From NCBI RefSeq assembly GCF_001481685.1, contig NZ_CP006867.1:1290001-1322000 (forward strand): DNA of 32,000 nt, given 5' to 3'. The notes under the pieces were generated by a model. That model searched no databases. It was not told where the DNA came from and saw only the letters and a program-made list of their open reading frames with translations. Shown one piece after another: positions 1 to 9,766 of this stretch; within the stretch, counting starts at the first letter, position 1, and each line of letters begins with the position of its first letter. Both the position numbers and the translations under genes were made by a program. The DNA is from Ignicoccus islandicus DSM 13165 (lineage in GTDB: Archaea; Thermoproteota; Thermoprotei_A; Sulfolobales; Ignicoccaceae).

Positions 1-579
1 TTCATCTCTGCCGCGCTTCTCAACTATTACGCTCTATTACTTTCTCCTATCTTTCCTATACTATCTACCATATACCCTCTACTCAAGAGATGTTGTCCTA
101 TAGCCCATTTCTGGTTAGGAGCTATACTAGGAAGCTCGGTAATAGGAGGTTCTATCGCAGTTAGCGGTGATGCACCGACCCTAATAGATGCGTTGGGGAG
201 GGTTCCCTGGATATACGTGATAAGCGTTTGGTTATGGGTGGCGTCGTTTGATTCGATATATGCTATTGAAGATATTGAATTTGATAGGAAATATGGTCTT
301 CATAGCGTTCCAGCCGACTATGGAATAGAAAAGACTAAAGCCATCGTTGAGTTCTCTTCACTCATTTTCTCCGCACTAATGATATGGAGCATGAAAGTGT
401 ACTCGTTAAACGTATTTTCCTCGCTATTAATGGCATACGGTTTAGGAACGTACTGGAAGTTAATTGGAATGTTGGAACTTGATCCCTATGAGGCCGCAAG
501 CAAAAGCTTGAATGTTAACGTAAAGGTTGGCGTTGCTTTAGGAGTGGCCCCTCTTTTGAAGCTATTGCCACTAATGTAG
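1..579 (+). CDS. UbiA-family prenyltransferase, C-terminal part (5' truncated by window edge)
   Basis: Frame 1 is open from base 1; it reads ISAALLNYYALLLSPIFPILSTIYPLLKRCCPIAHFWLGAILG...LWVASFDSIYAIEDIEFDRKYGLHSVPADYG. The YPLLKR and DxxYAxxDxxxDRKxGxHSxP motifs are typical of the UbiA/4-hydroxybenzoate prenyltransferase family. The listed TTG start at 193 is internal. Confidence 0.9.
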   Translation, partial: FISAALLNYYALLLSPIFPILSTIYPLLKRCCPIAHFWLGAILGSSVIGGSIAVSGDAPTLIDALGRVPWIYVISVWLWVASFDSIYAIEDIEFDRKYGLHSVPADYGIEKTKAIVEFSSLIFSALMIWSMKVYSLNVFSSLLMAYGLGTYWKLIGMLELDPYEAASKSLNVNVKVGVALGVAPLLKLLPLM

Positions 580-614
580 TTTTCAAATAATTGTAGGTAA
601 CGTAGTTCTCATCT

Positions 615-1238
615 TCACATAACGTAATTTTTCCAATACCCTTCTTGAACTTCTTCAAGATCTATGCATATTTCTCGGGTTCTTACAGTTCTATCCTTCC
701 ACTTCTTCTTAGGTCTAACATCTGGGTATAGATACATTCGTCCATCGATTATCAAATATCTTATAACTCTTCTCTTATCCTTTACCCAAGGGAACCTCTC
801 TCTCCATTCCTTAAACGAATCGTTACTGATTACTATTCCATATTCGTTCTCGGCGGTTGCAAGAATGAAGTAGTCAGCTGGAGTATTAGGTGGTGCTTGT
901 ATTACCCTTCCAAGTTCTATCAACTTATCGAGCTTATCAGGCTTATCTATTTTATGACGTAGAGAGGCATCCGCGATCGCTATTACTTTAAACCCCCTTT
1001 CTTCGAGCGTCTTAATGGCTATCAAAGCCCTCTCAATACTTCCTTTCTTAGACTTTTTCTCACCATATAAAGCTATGTTAGATATATCTAAAACAGCGAC
1101 GTTCTGCGGTACCTTAATCTTGATGTTTTGGTTTTCCCTCTTCCTTTCGATTAATCTTTTCAAATACGGAAATGCGGTAATATACAATATACTGGTTAAG
1201 CTCGCAATAAGCGCCGCAATGACTATTTCGATCATCAA
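615..1238 (-). CDS. Membrane-anchored NYN/PIN-like ribonuclease of the Zc3h12a (Regnase) type
   Basis: N-terminal hydrophobic helix (IVIAALIASLTSILYITAF) followed by a basic stretch, then a domain matching Regnase-like NYN motifs: NVAVLDISNIAL, ADYFILATA, GIVISNDSFKEW. Confidence 0.7.
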   Translation of the reverse strand: MMIEIVIAALIASLTSILYITAFPYLKRLIERKRENQNIKIKVPQNVAVLDISNIALYGEKKSKKGSIERALIAIKTLEERGFKVIAIADASLRHKIDKPDKLDKLIELGRVIQAPPNTPADYFILATAENEYGIVISNDSFKEWRERFPWVKDKRRVIRYLIIDGRMYLYPDVRPKKKWKDRTVRTREICIDLEEVQEGYWKNYVM

Positions 1239-1306
1239 TTGTTATCCGAAGGTGAAACATCAATGAAGATTAAAGTAGAGTGCTGAGATATTCTTAAAAG
1301 GGTTAT

Positions 1307-2164
1307 TTGGGTTTGAAAATTGCCGTACCAAGCAAAGGGAGACTTAGAGACAAGACGCTGGAACTTCTCGAAGCTGCTGGTTTCGGAACGATATACGCTG
1401 ATCCTAGGGCCTTGATCATTCCAACTAAGTATAATGGGATTGACTTGGTATTTGTGCGTCCGGAAGACATTCCTTGGATCGTAGAAAGCGGTGCTGCCCA
1501 AATGGGTATTACTGGCCACGATTACGTTGTAGAGGCGGGGGTTGAGGTAGAAGAAGTTCTGGATCTAGGTTACGGAAATTCGCGACTCGTTCTCGCAGTT
1601 CCCAATAATCTTGGTATTGAAAAAGCAGAAGAATTACCCGAAGGTACAAGGGTTGCTACTAAGTTCGTAAATATTTCCAAGAAGTTTATAAACGAAAGAA
1701 ACCTTAAGTGGAAAATAATTAAGATCAGTGGATCCGCCGAAATAATGCCTGGACTAGGGGCTGCAGATGCGATAATTGACATTTCCTCTACCGGCACCAC
1801 GCTCCGGCTTCACGGATTAAAGGCTATAGAAGTACTATTGGAGAGTAGTGCGAGATTAATAGTTAATAAAGAGTTCGTTAACGACGATAAGGTCGAGCTA
1901 GTGAAAACAATGATAGAAGGTGTCTTAAAGGCTCGGAAGAAGAAGTTACTAATGATGAACGTTCCTGAGAGAAGTCTAAAGGAGGTCTTGTCTGTACTAC
2001 CATCCATGTCCGGACCCACCATAAGTAAAGTTGAAAGTACCGAACCAATGTGGGAAGTTATAGTAGCTATTGATGAAAGCGAACTTAATGACGTAATAAT
2101 GAAGGTTAAGTCCTCTGGTGCAAGAGACATACTCGTTGTAAATATAGAGAGACTTATTCCTTAG
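1307..2164 (+). CDS. hisG: ATP phosphoribosyltransferase, long form with C-terminal regulatory domain
   Basis: MGLKIAVPSKGRLRDKTLELLEAAGF..., DIISSTGTTLR-like motif DIISSTGTTLRLHGL; 285 aa; TTG start. Confidence 0.95.
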   Translation: MGLKIAVPSKGRLRDKTLELLEAAGFGTIYADPRALIIPTKYNGIDLVFVRPEDIPWIVESGAAQMGITGHDYVVEAGVEVEEVLDLGYGNSRLVLAVPNNLGIEKAEELPEGTRVATKFVNISKKFINERNLKWKIIKISGSAEIMPGLGAADAIIDISSTGTTLRLHGLKAIEVLLESSARLIVNKEFVNDDKVELVKTMIEGVLKARKKKLLMMNVPERSLKEVLSVLPSMSGPTISKVESTEPMWEVIVAIDESELNDVIMKVKSSGARDILVVNIERLIP

Positions 2165-2166
2165 GT

Positions 2167-3015
2167 TCATATTCTATGATATGAAATGAATCGAAAGATC
2201 GAAATACTTAAGCTGAATATAGATAGAATCAATAGAATTACTACTACTATACCTCTTCTCAGCTCAACTATTTCGTAAAGATAGATGCCATGTGTAGTGA
2301 GTACTGCGAGCACGTTATCACGTATCTTCAATTCTATTATCTCGCCATTTACCTTAGCTCTAGCCAACATGTTTAATCTATGGTCGTATATCTCTATGCT
2401 AGATCCCTCATAAGATACAATAAATTTTCCTGATATATCTATACCGGAACAGCTTCTTCCCTTAACTATGATTTCATCATTTCTTAGTAACATAATGTTT
2501 TCGTCCGTACAAATAGCTATTTCGTTGTTGTAGCAATTAATAGACTTTGGAATGCCTAACAAGTTACGCGTCTTCGTTCCAGTACCTACATGAACTTCCA
2601 GTTGCTCGTTTCTATAGATTACAAAGCCGTCGGAACAACTAGCACCCATAATGGCATCCGGAAAAGAATATCTAACGCCTTTCTCCATGTCTTCCACTAC
2701 TATGCCAGACGGAATTGAAACAACCAGAAATGGGGGTTTATAATTGCAGTTACTAACTAGTCCTTCTACATCAAAGCCTACTGGTCGTACACCTCCATCT
2801 ATTATTGAGTAGAAATACGTCCTTTCACCATCGAAGATTCCCAGAATGCCATTTGAGAGGCAAACTACATCGAAAGGCAATGTTAAGGTGAGATTAGCTA
2901 TATTCAGTACGTTTTGATAAGCGTATACTAGATCGCGTCCGAGTAATTCGATGCAACACGCGTTCACGTTAATGTAAATTAAAAGCATTAATCCTATTTC
3001 TGCGATCTCTTGCAC
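2167..3015 (-). CDS. Hypothetical propeller-like protein with C-terminal transmembrane helix
   Basis: Repeated short beta-rich segments (LGIFDGERTYFYSIIDGG, ELKIRDNVLAVLTTHGIYLYEI) and a C-terminal hydrophobic helix VVVILLILSIFSLSISIF. GTG start, possibly mis-placed. Confidence 0.6.
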   Translation of the reverse strand: MQEIAEIGLMLLIYINVNACCIELLGRDLVYAYQNVLNIANLTLTLPFDVVCLSNGILGIFDGERTYFYSIIDGGVRPVGFDVEGLVSNCNYKPPFLVVSIPSGIVVEDMEKGVRYSFPDAIMGASCSDGFVIYRNEQLEVHVGTGTKTRNLLGIPKSINCYNNEIAICTDENIMLLRNDEIIVKGRSCSGIDISGKFIVSYEGSSIEIYDHRLNMLARAKVNGEIIELKIRDNVLAVLTTHGIYLYEIVELRRGIVVVILLILSIFSLSISIFRFISYHRI

Positions 3016-3034
3016 ACCCTTCGGGGATTAAATT

Positions 3035-3547
3035 TTGGTTGTAATAGTAATAAGCGGACCTCCCGGCAGCGGCAAAAGTACAGTAGCAAGATCATTGTCC
3101 TCTAAGCTCAGCTTACCAGTTCTTTCGGCAGGTTCAATATTTAGAAAGTTAGCAGAAGAACTGGGAGTTAGCGTTATAGAATTAAACAAACTGGCAATGG
3201 AAAAAATAGAAATTGACCTAAAGATTGATAAATTAATAATCGATGAGTCGAGGAAAGGAAACCTAATAGTTGAAAGTCATTTAGCGGCATGGATTTTGGA
3301 AAACGCTGATTTGAAGGTTTATCTAAATGCGCCATTAAATGAGAGAATAAAGCGAATAGCGAAGAGAGATAACATCAGTTTAGAGAGAGCAAGAGTTGAA
3401 GTAATAAGTAGAGAAGAACTTCAATGGAGAAGATTTAAGGTATTATATGGTGTAGACGTTACAGACCTATCTGTTTTCGATCTCTCCTTTAATACATCGA
3501 AAACCCCGTTAGAGGTTATAGTGAATACTATTATCAACTCCCTTTAG
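3035..3547 (+). CDS. cmk: Cytidylate kinase (archaeal type)
   Basis: P-loop GPPGSGKST, followed by SAGSIFRKLAEELG, SREELQWRRFKVLYGVDVTD; 170 aa; TTG start. Confidence 0.85.
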   Translation: MVVIVISGPPGSGKSTVARSLSSKLSLPVLSAGSIFRKLAEELGVSVIELNKLAMEKIEIDLKIDKLIIDESRKGNLIVESHLAAWILENADLKVYLNAPLNERIKRIAKRDNISLERARVEVISREELQWRRFKVLYGVDVTDLSVFDLSFNTSKTPLEVIVNTIINSL

Positions 3548-4409
3548 AGGTTTCCTCGCGACTCTTGCTTTGATCAATTTTTTTTATTTCTTCAACTATC
3601 TTCTCAGCTATTGAAAGGAACGCTTTCGCTGCTGGAGTTTCTGGATATTCCACGAAGAACGGTACGCCTTTATCGTTGCACTCGGAGATTCTTGGATCTA
3701 GAGGTACAGATCCTAGGAATGGAACCCCGGCTTCTTCGGCTATTTTCTTGCCCCCACCGGAACCAAATATTGGGTAAGTCTTACCATCGCAAGGACACGT
3801 AAACCCTGCCATGTTCTCAATTATTCCTAAAATCGGCAGCTTCAGTTTCTTCGCGAAGTTTATTGACTTCATCACTACTTTTTGAGAGACTTCTGAAGGT
3901 ATCGTGACAATGACTGCACCCGTAATGTCAGGTATCATTTGAGCCACCGTTAGGGGTGCGTCCCCTGTACCTGGAGGTAGATCTATTAATAGGTAATCTA
4001 GTTCTCCCCAATCGACGTTTTCTAGGAGTTCTAACATTGCGTTTGATAACATTGGACCTCTCCATATCACGGGGGTCGTATCGTCCGGTAGCATGAAGTC
4101 AACGCTAACTATCTTAACACCTAGTGGGCCCACGACGGGTATAATTCCCCTATCCGTCGCGAAAACTCGGTGTCCCTCGGTACCAGTCATCTTCGGTATA
4201 CTTGGACCGTAGAAATCAGCGTCTAGTATACCAACCTTATAGCCCTTGAAGGCTAATGCAAACGCTAGATTGGCAGTCACGAAAGATTTTCCTACGCCTC
4301 CCTTTCCGCTCATAACTGCAACTTTGTGTTTAACTCCACTCAACCTCTTCCTAATGCTTTCTTCTATTTCCTTGATCGGTCTAAATGGAAGTTTCTTTTG
4401 CGTAGCCAA
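3534..4409 (-). CDS. Mrp/ApbC/NBP35-type P-loop ATPase, iron-sulfur cluster carrier
   Basis: Deviant Walker A SGKGGVGKS, DADFYGPSIPKM, DYLLIDLPPGTGDAPLTV, and CPC motif in NMAGFTCPCDGKTYPIFG. Confidence 0.92.
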   Translation of the reverse strand: MATQKKLPFRPIKEIEESIRKRLSGVKHKVAVMSGKGGVGKSFVTANLAFALAFKGYKVGILDADFYGPSIPKMTGTEGHRVFATDRGIIPVVGPLGVKIVSVDFMLPDDTTPVIWRGPMLSNAMLELLENVDWGELDYLLIDLPPGTGDAPLTVAQMIPDITGAVIVTIPSEVSQKVVMKSINFAKKLKLPILGIIENMAGFTCPCDGKTYPIFGSGGGKKIAEEAGVPFLGSVPLDPRISECNDKGVPFFVEYPETPAAKAFLSIAEKIVEEIKKIDQSKSREETSKGS

Positions 4410-4535
4410 TTTACCTACTACCCGAAGTTTAATGGGGTCAACATGAATAATAACTATATAACCTTGACTTACTTTAAGTCCCCTAAGGCTCCATGTTCAT
4501 TAATTTAAATTAACCAATCTGGGTTTGGACCGAAA

Positions 4536-5498
4536 ATGATAGTGAGTGCACGTGCTCCGACCAAGGTAACGCTATTCGGTGAACACGCAGTCGTTTACGG
4601 TTATCCAGCAATAGTTCTTTCAATACCAGAATACGTAGTAGTTGAAGGAGTTAGATCCGATAAATTCTTATTAAGAAGTGGTCCAGTTTACTTGAACAAG
4701 CTTTCTATAATAATAGGGGAAAATGCAATTCACGTAGCTCGAGATACAGAAAGCGATTTAGTTCGTTATTTCTCATACGTTCTTGAGGCCGTTAGATCAC
4801 TAGGCTTAAACGGATTGGAAATTTCTATAAAATCGAGATTACCAGTAGGGGCTGGCCTCGGAACCAGTGCTGCTGTAACCGTTGGAACAGTAGCTGTTGC
4901 ATCTAAAATTGCTGAAATGAACCTAACGAAGAAAGAGATAGCTAAGATTGCTTGGGAAGTTGAAAAGAAGGTCCAAGGGAAAGCGAGTCCTATGGATACT
5001 TTCGCTAGTGCGTTAGGTGGAGCCCTGTACATTTCTAAAGCAGGAAGCGATTGGAACATAAGAAGGTTGTCAGTTGAAAATCTGCCCCTAGTGATAGGAG
5101 TGTTTCGTAAAAGAAAGACTACTGGAGAGCTTGTTAAAATGGTTAACGAGAAGTTAAAAGAGATAAAAGTAATCGAGAGAGTGCTTGAAACAATAGGTGA
5201 AATAACGAATGAAGCCTTAAAGGCATTGGAAAACAAAGATCTAGCTCTATTAGGGGAATTAATGAACATCAACCATGGTCTTTTGGAGGCTTTAGGGCTG
5301 ACCAATAAGGAGGTCGCGTGCGCGATTCATTCACTTAAGCAAGCAGGAGCATTAGGTGCCAAAATGTCAGGAGCTGGTTACGGTGGCGCCGTTATAGCCT
5401 TAGGAGATGACTTGGATTCGCTGGTAAGTGTAATGAGGTCATGTGGTGCCGAGAAAGTTCTCAAGATTACTTCGCTATCGAATGGCGTAGAATACTAA
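4536..5498 (+). CDS. mvk: Mevalonate kinase (GHMP family)
   Basis: PTKVTLFGEHAVVYGYPAI, PVGAGLGTSAAVTV and KMSGAGYGGAVIAL motifs; 320 aa. Confidence 0.93.
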   Translation: MIVSARAPTKVTLFGEHAVVYGYPAIVLSIPEYVVVEGVRSDKFLLRSGPVYLNKLSIIIGENAIHVARDTESDLVRYFSYVLEAVRSLGLNGLEISIKSRLPVGAGLGTSAAVTVGTVAVASKIAEMNLTKKEIAKIAWEVEKKVQGKASPMDTFASALGGALYISKAGSDWNIRRLSVENLPLVIGVFRKRKTTGELVKMVNEKLKEIKVIERVLETIGEITNEALKALENKDLALLGELMNINHGLLEALGLTNKEVACAIHSLKQAGALGAKMSGAGYGGAVIALGDDLDSLVSVMRSCGAEKVLKITSLSNGVEY

Positions 5499-5575
5499 GG
5501 TTTCAATGTTAACGTGACTTCGATTGCGTTAACTTTTAAGTGGTCTCGCAGAACATGAGGAATGAGTGACGAACT

Positions 5576-5722
5576 ATGGGTAGCCACGGTTCATTGACTA
5601 AGGCTGGAAAGGTTAGGAGCCAGACTCCAAAGATGCCTGCTAAAAACAGGAAGAATTTGCCCCCTAGAGTAAGAAACAGGAAAGAGTTCCTACGCCTCAA
5701 GAAGCAACTTGCTGCCGCTTGA
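5576..5722 (+). CDS. rps30e: Small ribosomal subunit protein eS30 (S30e), 48 aa
   Basis: My translation [48 protein letters not shown] matches archaeal S30e ([18 protein letters not shown]...PRxRNR). Not in the supplied ORF track because of size. Its 3' end overlaps thrC on the opposite strand by 26 nt. Confidence 0.93.
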   Translation: MGSHGSLTKAGKVRSQTPKMPAKNRKNLPPRVRNRKEFLRLKKQLAAA

Positions 5723-7016
5723 TTTCAATCTCTCTATTTTTATTACTTCTTTCCATTAAGCTCTTAATTACTTTCTCAATAGCATCATCTACACTCATCG
5801 CCCTTAATCTAGTAGTCGGATGGAATTTGACGCTATCGGGATCCTTTAAGCCATGACCTGTAACAACACATACTACCGTTTCATCTCCATTGAAGTAACC
5901 ATTCTGTGCAAGCTTTATTGCACCCGCGATGCTCGCTGCCCCTGCAGGTTCAGCTGCTATTCCTTCTTCTCTTGCAAGGAGTCTTTGTGCCCTTATTATA
6001 TCGCTATCGCTAACTACTTCGAAAGTACCGCTAGATTCGGTTACCGCTTTCCATGCTTTGAACCAGTTTACGGGCTTGCCAATACGTATGGCAGTGGCCA
6101 GCGTTTCGGGATTCTCTGTAAATAATGGTGCATCTAGACCTAACTTAAATGCACTTGCAATGGGTGAAGAACCTTCAGCTTGTATTCCTGCCATTCTAGG
6201 CAGCGTGTCGCTATATCCCCAGTTCTTTAACTCTTTAAATCCTTTCCATATAGCTGAGATGTTTCCAGCGTTACCTACGGGAACTACTACGTGATCCGGA
6301 ACACCTATTTCTTCGAAGACCTCATATGCCAACGTTTTCTGTCCTTCAAGTCGCCAAGGATTAAACGAGTTTAATGGATAGAATTCTTCCCTTTGGGCAA
6401 GTCGTCGCGCAGTTTCTAGCGCATCATCGAAATTGCCTTCTATCTCAACTATAATTGCTCCATGGAGAATACTCTGAGCCATTTTCCCGAGAGCCACTTT
6501 CCCTCGAGGCAAGAGAAGGAAGGTTAAGAGCGATGCTCGGGAAGCATATGCTGCTGCTGAAGCTGCAGTGTTACCAGTCGATGCTGCAACCACCGCCTTA
6601 GAGCCCGACTCGCGCGCGAGAGTTATAGCTAAGCTCATTCCTCTATCTTTAAAGGAACCTGTTGGATTCGCTCCTTCAAACTTCACGTAAACCCTCCTGA
6701 CTCCTATAAGTTTCTCTAATTTCTCAACTCTAACTAGTGGCGTAGATCCCTCTCCCATAGTAATCGGATTCGATGTCTTGATAGGTAGGAATTCCTTGAA
6801 ACGCCATATTCCGTATATCCTGCTCCTTCGTCTGATTTCGTCAAAAGACGGTTTTTCATCGGGTTCGTAAATTACCTCTAGAGGTTGATTACAATAAGGA
6901 CATATGAAGAGTTTCTCTGAAGGTTCAAAAGTTCTATGACATTTGGGGCATCTTAGCTTAACGTCCACTGAGAGGTTACCCCTACCTTTGGGTTCTAGAT
7001 GGGGATTTATTTCCAC
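5697..7016 (-). CDS. thrC: Threonine synthase (PLP-dependent, with N-terminal zinc-ribbon-like motif)
   Basis: CPKCHRTF...[37 protein letters not shown] (PLP lysine), [17 protein letters not shown]. Confidence 0.93.
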   Translation of the reverse strand: MEINPHLEPKGRGNLSVDVKLRCPKCHRTFEPSEKLFICPYCNQPLEVIYEPDEKPSFDEIRRRSRIYGIWRFKEFLPIKTSNPITMGEGSTPLVRVEKLEKLIGVRRVYVKFEGANPTGSFKDRGMSLAITLARESGSKAVVAASTGNTAASAAAYASRASLLTFLLLPRGKVALGKMAQSILHGAIIVEIEGNFDDALETARRLAQREEFYPLNSFNPWRLEGQKTLAYEVFEEIGVPDHVVVPVGNAGNISAIWKGFKELKNWGYSDTLPRMAGIQAEGSSPIASAFKLGLDAPLFTENPETLATAIRIGKPVNWFKAWKAVTESSGTFEVVSDSDIIRAQRLLAREEGIAAEPAGAASIAGAIKLAQNGYFNGDETVVCVVTGHGLKDPDSVKFHPTTRLRAMSVDDAIEKVIKSLMERSNKNREIEIKRQQVAS

Positions 7017-7093
7017 CTCCTACGAAATAGATACGAAACGTGAAATCTAACGTATATGAGGTTATGTTCTCCTAGCTGTATCAGGTAAGTGAA

Positions 7094-8881
7094 ATGAAAT
7101 TTAAGTACATTGTAGAGACATTCGAAAAGATAGAAGTGACCTCATCGAGAATCCAAATAGTTGCCACGCTGAGCGCATTATTCAAGAAGGTAATAGAGGA
7201 AAATAAGGAAATAATAGATAAGGTAGTATACTTCGTACAAGGACGTTTATGGCCAGATTGGTATGGATATCCTGAGATTGGTATTGGAGAGAAAGGAATA
7301 ATAAAAGCAATAGCACTAGCTGCTAACGTTAGAGAAAGAGAAGTAGAGGAGCTTCTAAAGAGTCTAGGTGATCTTGGATTAGTTGCCGAGAGGCTTATCG
7401 CCAAGAAATCGTCTAGACCATCCGGCTTACTAAGTTTCACTCAAACCCAGAGCAAGGATCTAACCTTCGAAGAAGTTTACGAAACGTTAAAGAGAATAGC
7501 ATTCTTACAAGGTGAAGGGAGTAGAGATTTAAAGATAAAGAAGCTAGCCGGCTTATTGAAAAGGGCTTCACCGAAGGAAGCTAAGTATATTGTGAGATTC
7601 GTTGAAGGTAAACTAAGATTGGGGGTTGGTGATGCATCGATTATTGAGGCAATAGCATCTATCTTAGGTGTTCCAAAGGAGATTGTGGAAAGAGCCTACA
7701 ATCTCCGAGCTGACTTAGGTAACATAGCCAAAATAGCCTTCACTCAAGGTCCCGAGGCACTTAAGGCGATAAGACCTCAACCTGGCATTCCAGTTAGACC
7801 CATGCTTGCAGAACGCCTTCACGATCCGGTAGAGATATTAAAGAAGGTGGGTGGAAAAGGTCTTGCTGAATATAAATATGATGGTGAAAGGGCTCAGATC
7901 CACTTAACTAAAGAAGGAAAAGTAATAATATATTCTAGAAGATTAGAAAATATAACTCATTCGTATCCAGACGTTGTCAAGTACGCTAAAGAAAATCTAA
8001 AAGCGGAAGAAGCAATTGTAGAAGGAGAAATAGTTGCAGTTGATCCAAATACGGGTGAATTAAGGCCGTTTCAAGAGCTAATGCATAGGAGAAGGAAACA
8101 CGATGTTCACATAGCGATGAAGGAATATCCCGTTCACGTTAGGCTTTTCGATGCAATATTAGTGAATGGTGAAGACTTGACGAACAAACCCCTCCTTGAA
8201 AGGAGGGAGAGGCTTATTTCAATATTGAACCAAACTGATGAGTTCAGGTTAGCTACAGGGGAAATCGTTGATACCGTTGAAGAGCTTGAAAGGTTATTCC
8301 ATCAAGCAATTGCAGACGGTTGTGAGGGATTAGTAGTTAAAGCGATACACAAAGGGAGCATCTACCAAGCTGGAGCTCGGGGATGGCTCTGGATAAAGTA
8401 CAAGAGGGATTACAAGAGCGAAATGATAGAGCCAGTAGACTTAGTAGTAGTAGGTGCATTTTACGGAAGAGGTAGGAGAGGTGGAACCTTTGGTGCTCTA
8501 CTAATGGCGGGTTACGATGAGGATAAGGATGCATTCATGACTGTGTGTAAAGTTGGGAGTGGATTTACCGACGAGGACTTAGCGGAATTGCCAGATCTAT
8601 TAAAAGAGTATATAATACCTAATAAGCATCCCCGCGTGGTCTCGGAAATAAAACCCGATGTATGGATTCAACCTGCACTAGTTGCGGAAATAATAGGCGC
8701 TGAAATAACTCTAAGTCCTATTCATACGTGCGCAATCGATAAGGTCGAGAAGGGAACGGGGTTAGCGATAAGGTTTCCCAGGTTCATTAAGTGGAGACCC
8801 GATAAAGGTCCTCAAGATGCAACTACTTGTAAGGAGCTTCTAGAGATGTATAAAAGACAATTACGGAGAACTGTTGAGTAG
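7094..8881 (+). CDS. lig: ATP-dependent DNA ligase (archaeal/eukaryal LigI type)
   Basis: Adenylation motif I KYDGERAQIH, motif III RLFDAI, motif IV EGLVVKAIHKGS, motif V LWIKYKRDY; 595 aa. Confidence 0.96.
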   Translation: MKFKYIVETFEKIEVTSSRIQIVATLSALFKKVIEENKEIIDKVVYFVQGRLWPDWYGYPEIGIGEKGIIKAIALAANVREREVEELLKSLGDLGLVAERLIAKKSSRPSGLLSFTQTQSKDLTFEEVYETLKRIAFLQGEGSRDLKIKKLAGLLKRASPKEAKYIVRFVEGKLRLGVGDASIIEAIASILGVPKEIVERAYNLRADLGNIAKIAFTQGPEALKAIRPQPGIPVRPMLAERLHDPVEILKKVGGKGLAEYKYDGERAQIHLTKEGKVIIYSRRLENITHSYPDVVKYAKENLKAEEAIVEGEIVAVDPNTGELRPFQELMHRRRKHDVHIAMKEYPVHVRLFDAILVNGEDLTNKPLLERRERLISILNQTDEFRLATGEIVDTVEELERLFHQAIADGCEGLVVKAIHKGSIYQAGARGWLWIKYKRDYKSEMIEPVDLVVVGAFYGRGRRGGTFGALLMAGYDEDKDAFMTVCKVGSGFTDEDLAELPDLLKEYIIPNKHPRVVSEIKPDVWIQPALVAEIIGAEITLSPIHTCAIDKVEKGTGLAIRFPRFIKWRPDKGPQDATTCKELLEMYKRQLRRTVE

Positions 8882-8955
8882 ACACTACACATACCATTAA
8901 CTTTCGCTGCCCTCCGTACTGTAGAAATAAATATGAAAAGTACTACTCTATAGTA

Positions 8956-9744
8956 ATGGGTCTAGTGAGGTATCTGAAAGTTTTCCTCTTGTTGACATTA
9001 CTTTCGGCTACAATTTTTTCAATTAAATGCGTAAGTAATTACGAACCTCTCCAAGAGAGGTGCACCAGGGTAGCAATAGAGGTAGAAGAGCTCTGGGGTT
9101 ACTCGGATGCCATAGTATATCTAGTTAATGATACTGTCTCATTCGTTTCCGGAGTACCCGAAAGCGGCGTATATGAGCTGCACATTGATATTAATATGGA
9201 AGAGATATTAGATTGCATTCTGGCACACGAATTAACCCATGTTCTTCAATTAGAGCGTGGACTGAGGTCTCAAAAGTGGTTCTTAGAGGGTCAAGCCGAT
9301 TTAAGCTGTTACTTGCTTTATCCGAATGAGTATAAATTCAAGGGATATATTGAGTGGGTAACTACTGGATACGGTAATTTCGATCCATACTTCTTTGGAA
9401 TTACCACACTCTATTTCATTCTTAAATCTAAAGGTATCGTGACGACCGAACTTTGGAAATATTCAAGTTTATCGTTTAACGAAGCTTTGGGATATTTCGT
9501 TAAAGCACTATCCACATGTGAAGTTCCATTTGGTGTATGTCCGAAGGCTCCAATGGGTGCAATCTATATTAAAGGAAGCGGTTGGGCAAAGGGAACTTAT
9601 TATATAGGTGAAGGAGCTAGATATGGTTCTATAATAATATTAAGAAACGGGGGAATGGTAATCAACTTACCGCAACCGAGCGTGCTTTCAATATTTATAA
9701 TCCATCGAATACGAAATAAAAAGCGAAAATCGATAAGTAGGTAG
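8956..9744 (+). CDS. Predicted secreted zinc metallopeptidase, gluzincin-like (HELTH...E)
   Basis: Signal-peptide-like N-terminus (YLKVFLLLTLLSATIFSI) and ILAHELTHVLQLERGLRSQKWFLEGQADLSCYLL, i.e. HExxH with a downstream Glu in WFLEGQAD. Confidence 0.6.
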   Translation: MGLVRYLKVFLLLTLLSATIFSIKCVSNYEPLQERCTRVAIEVEELWGYSDAIVYLVNDTVSFVSGVPESGVYELHIDINMEEILDCILAHELTHVLQLERGLRSQKWFLEGQADLSCYLLYPNEYKFKGYIEWVTTGYGNFDPYFFGITTLYFILKSKGIVTTELWKYSSLSFNEALGYFVKALSTCEVPFGVCPKAPMGAIYIKGSGWAKGTYYIGEGARYGSIIILRNGGMVINLPQPSVLSIFIIHRIRNKKRKSISR

Positions 9745-9766
9745 AGATTACACCCATTGAAGAGAG

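Noticed and set aside
4766-5305. 179 aa minus-strand ORF inside mevalonate kinase
   Set aside because: Fully antisense to a confidently assigned gene, Ser/Thr/Pro-rich shadow translation with no domain pattern.
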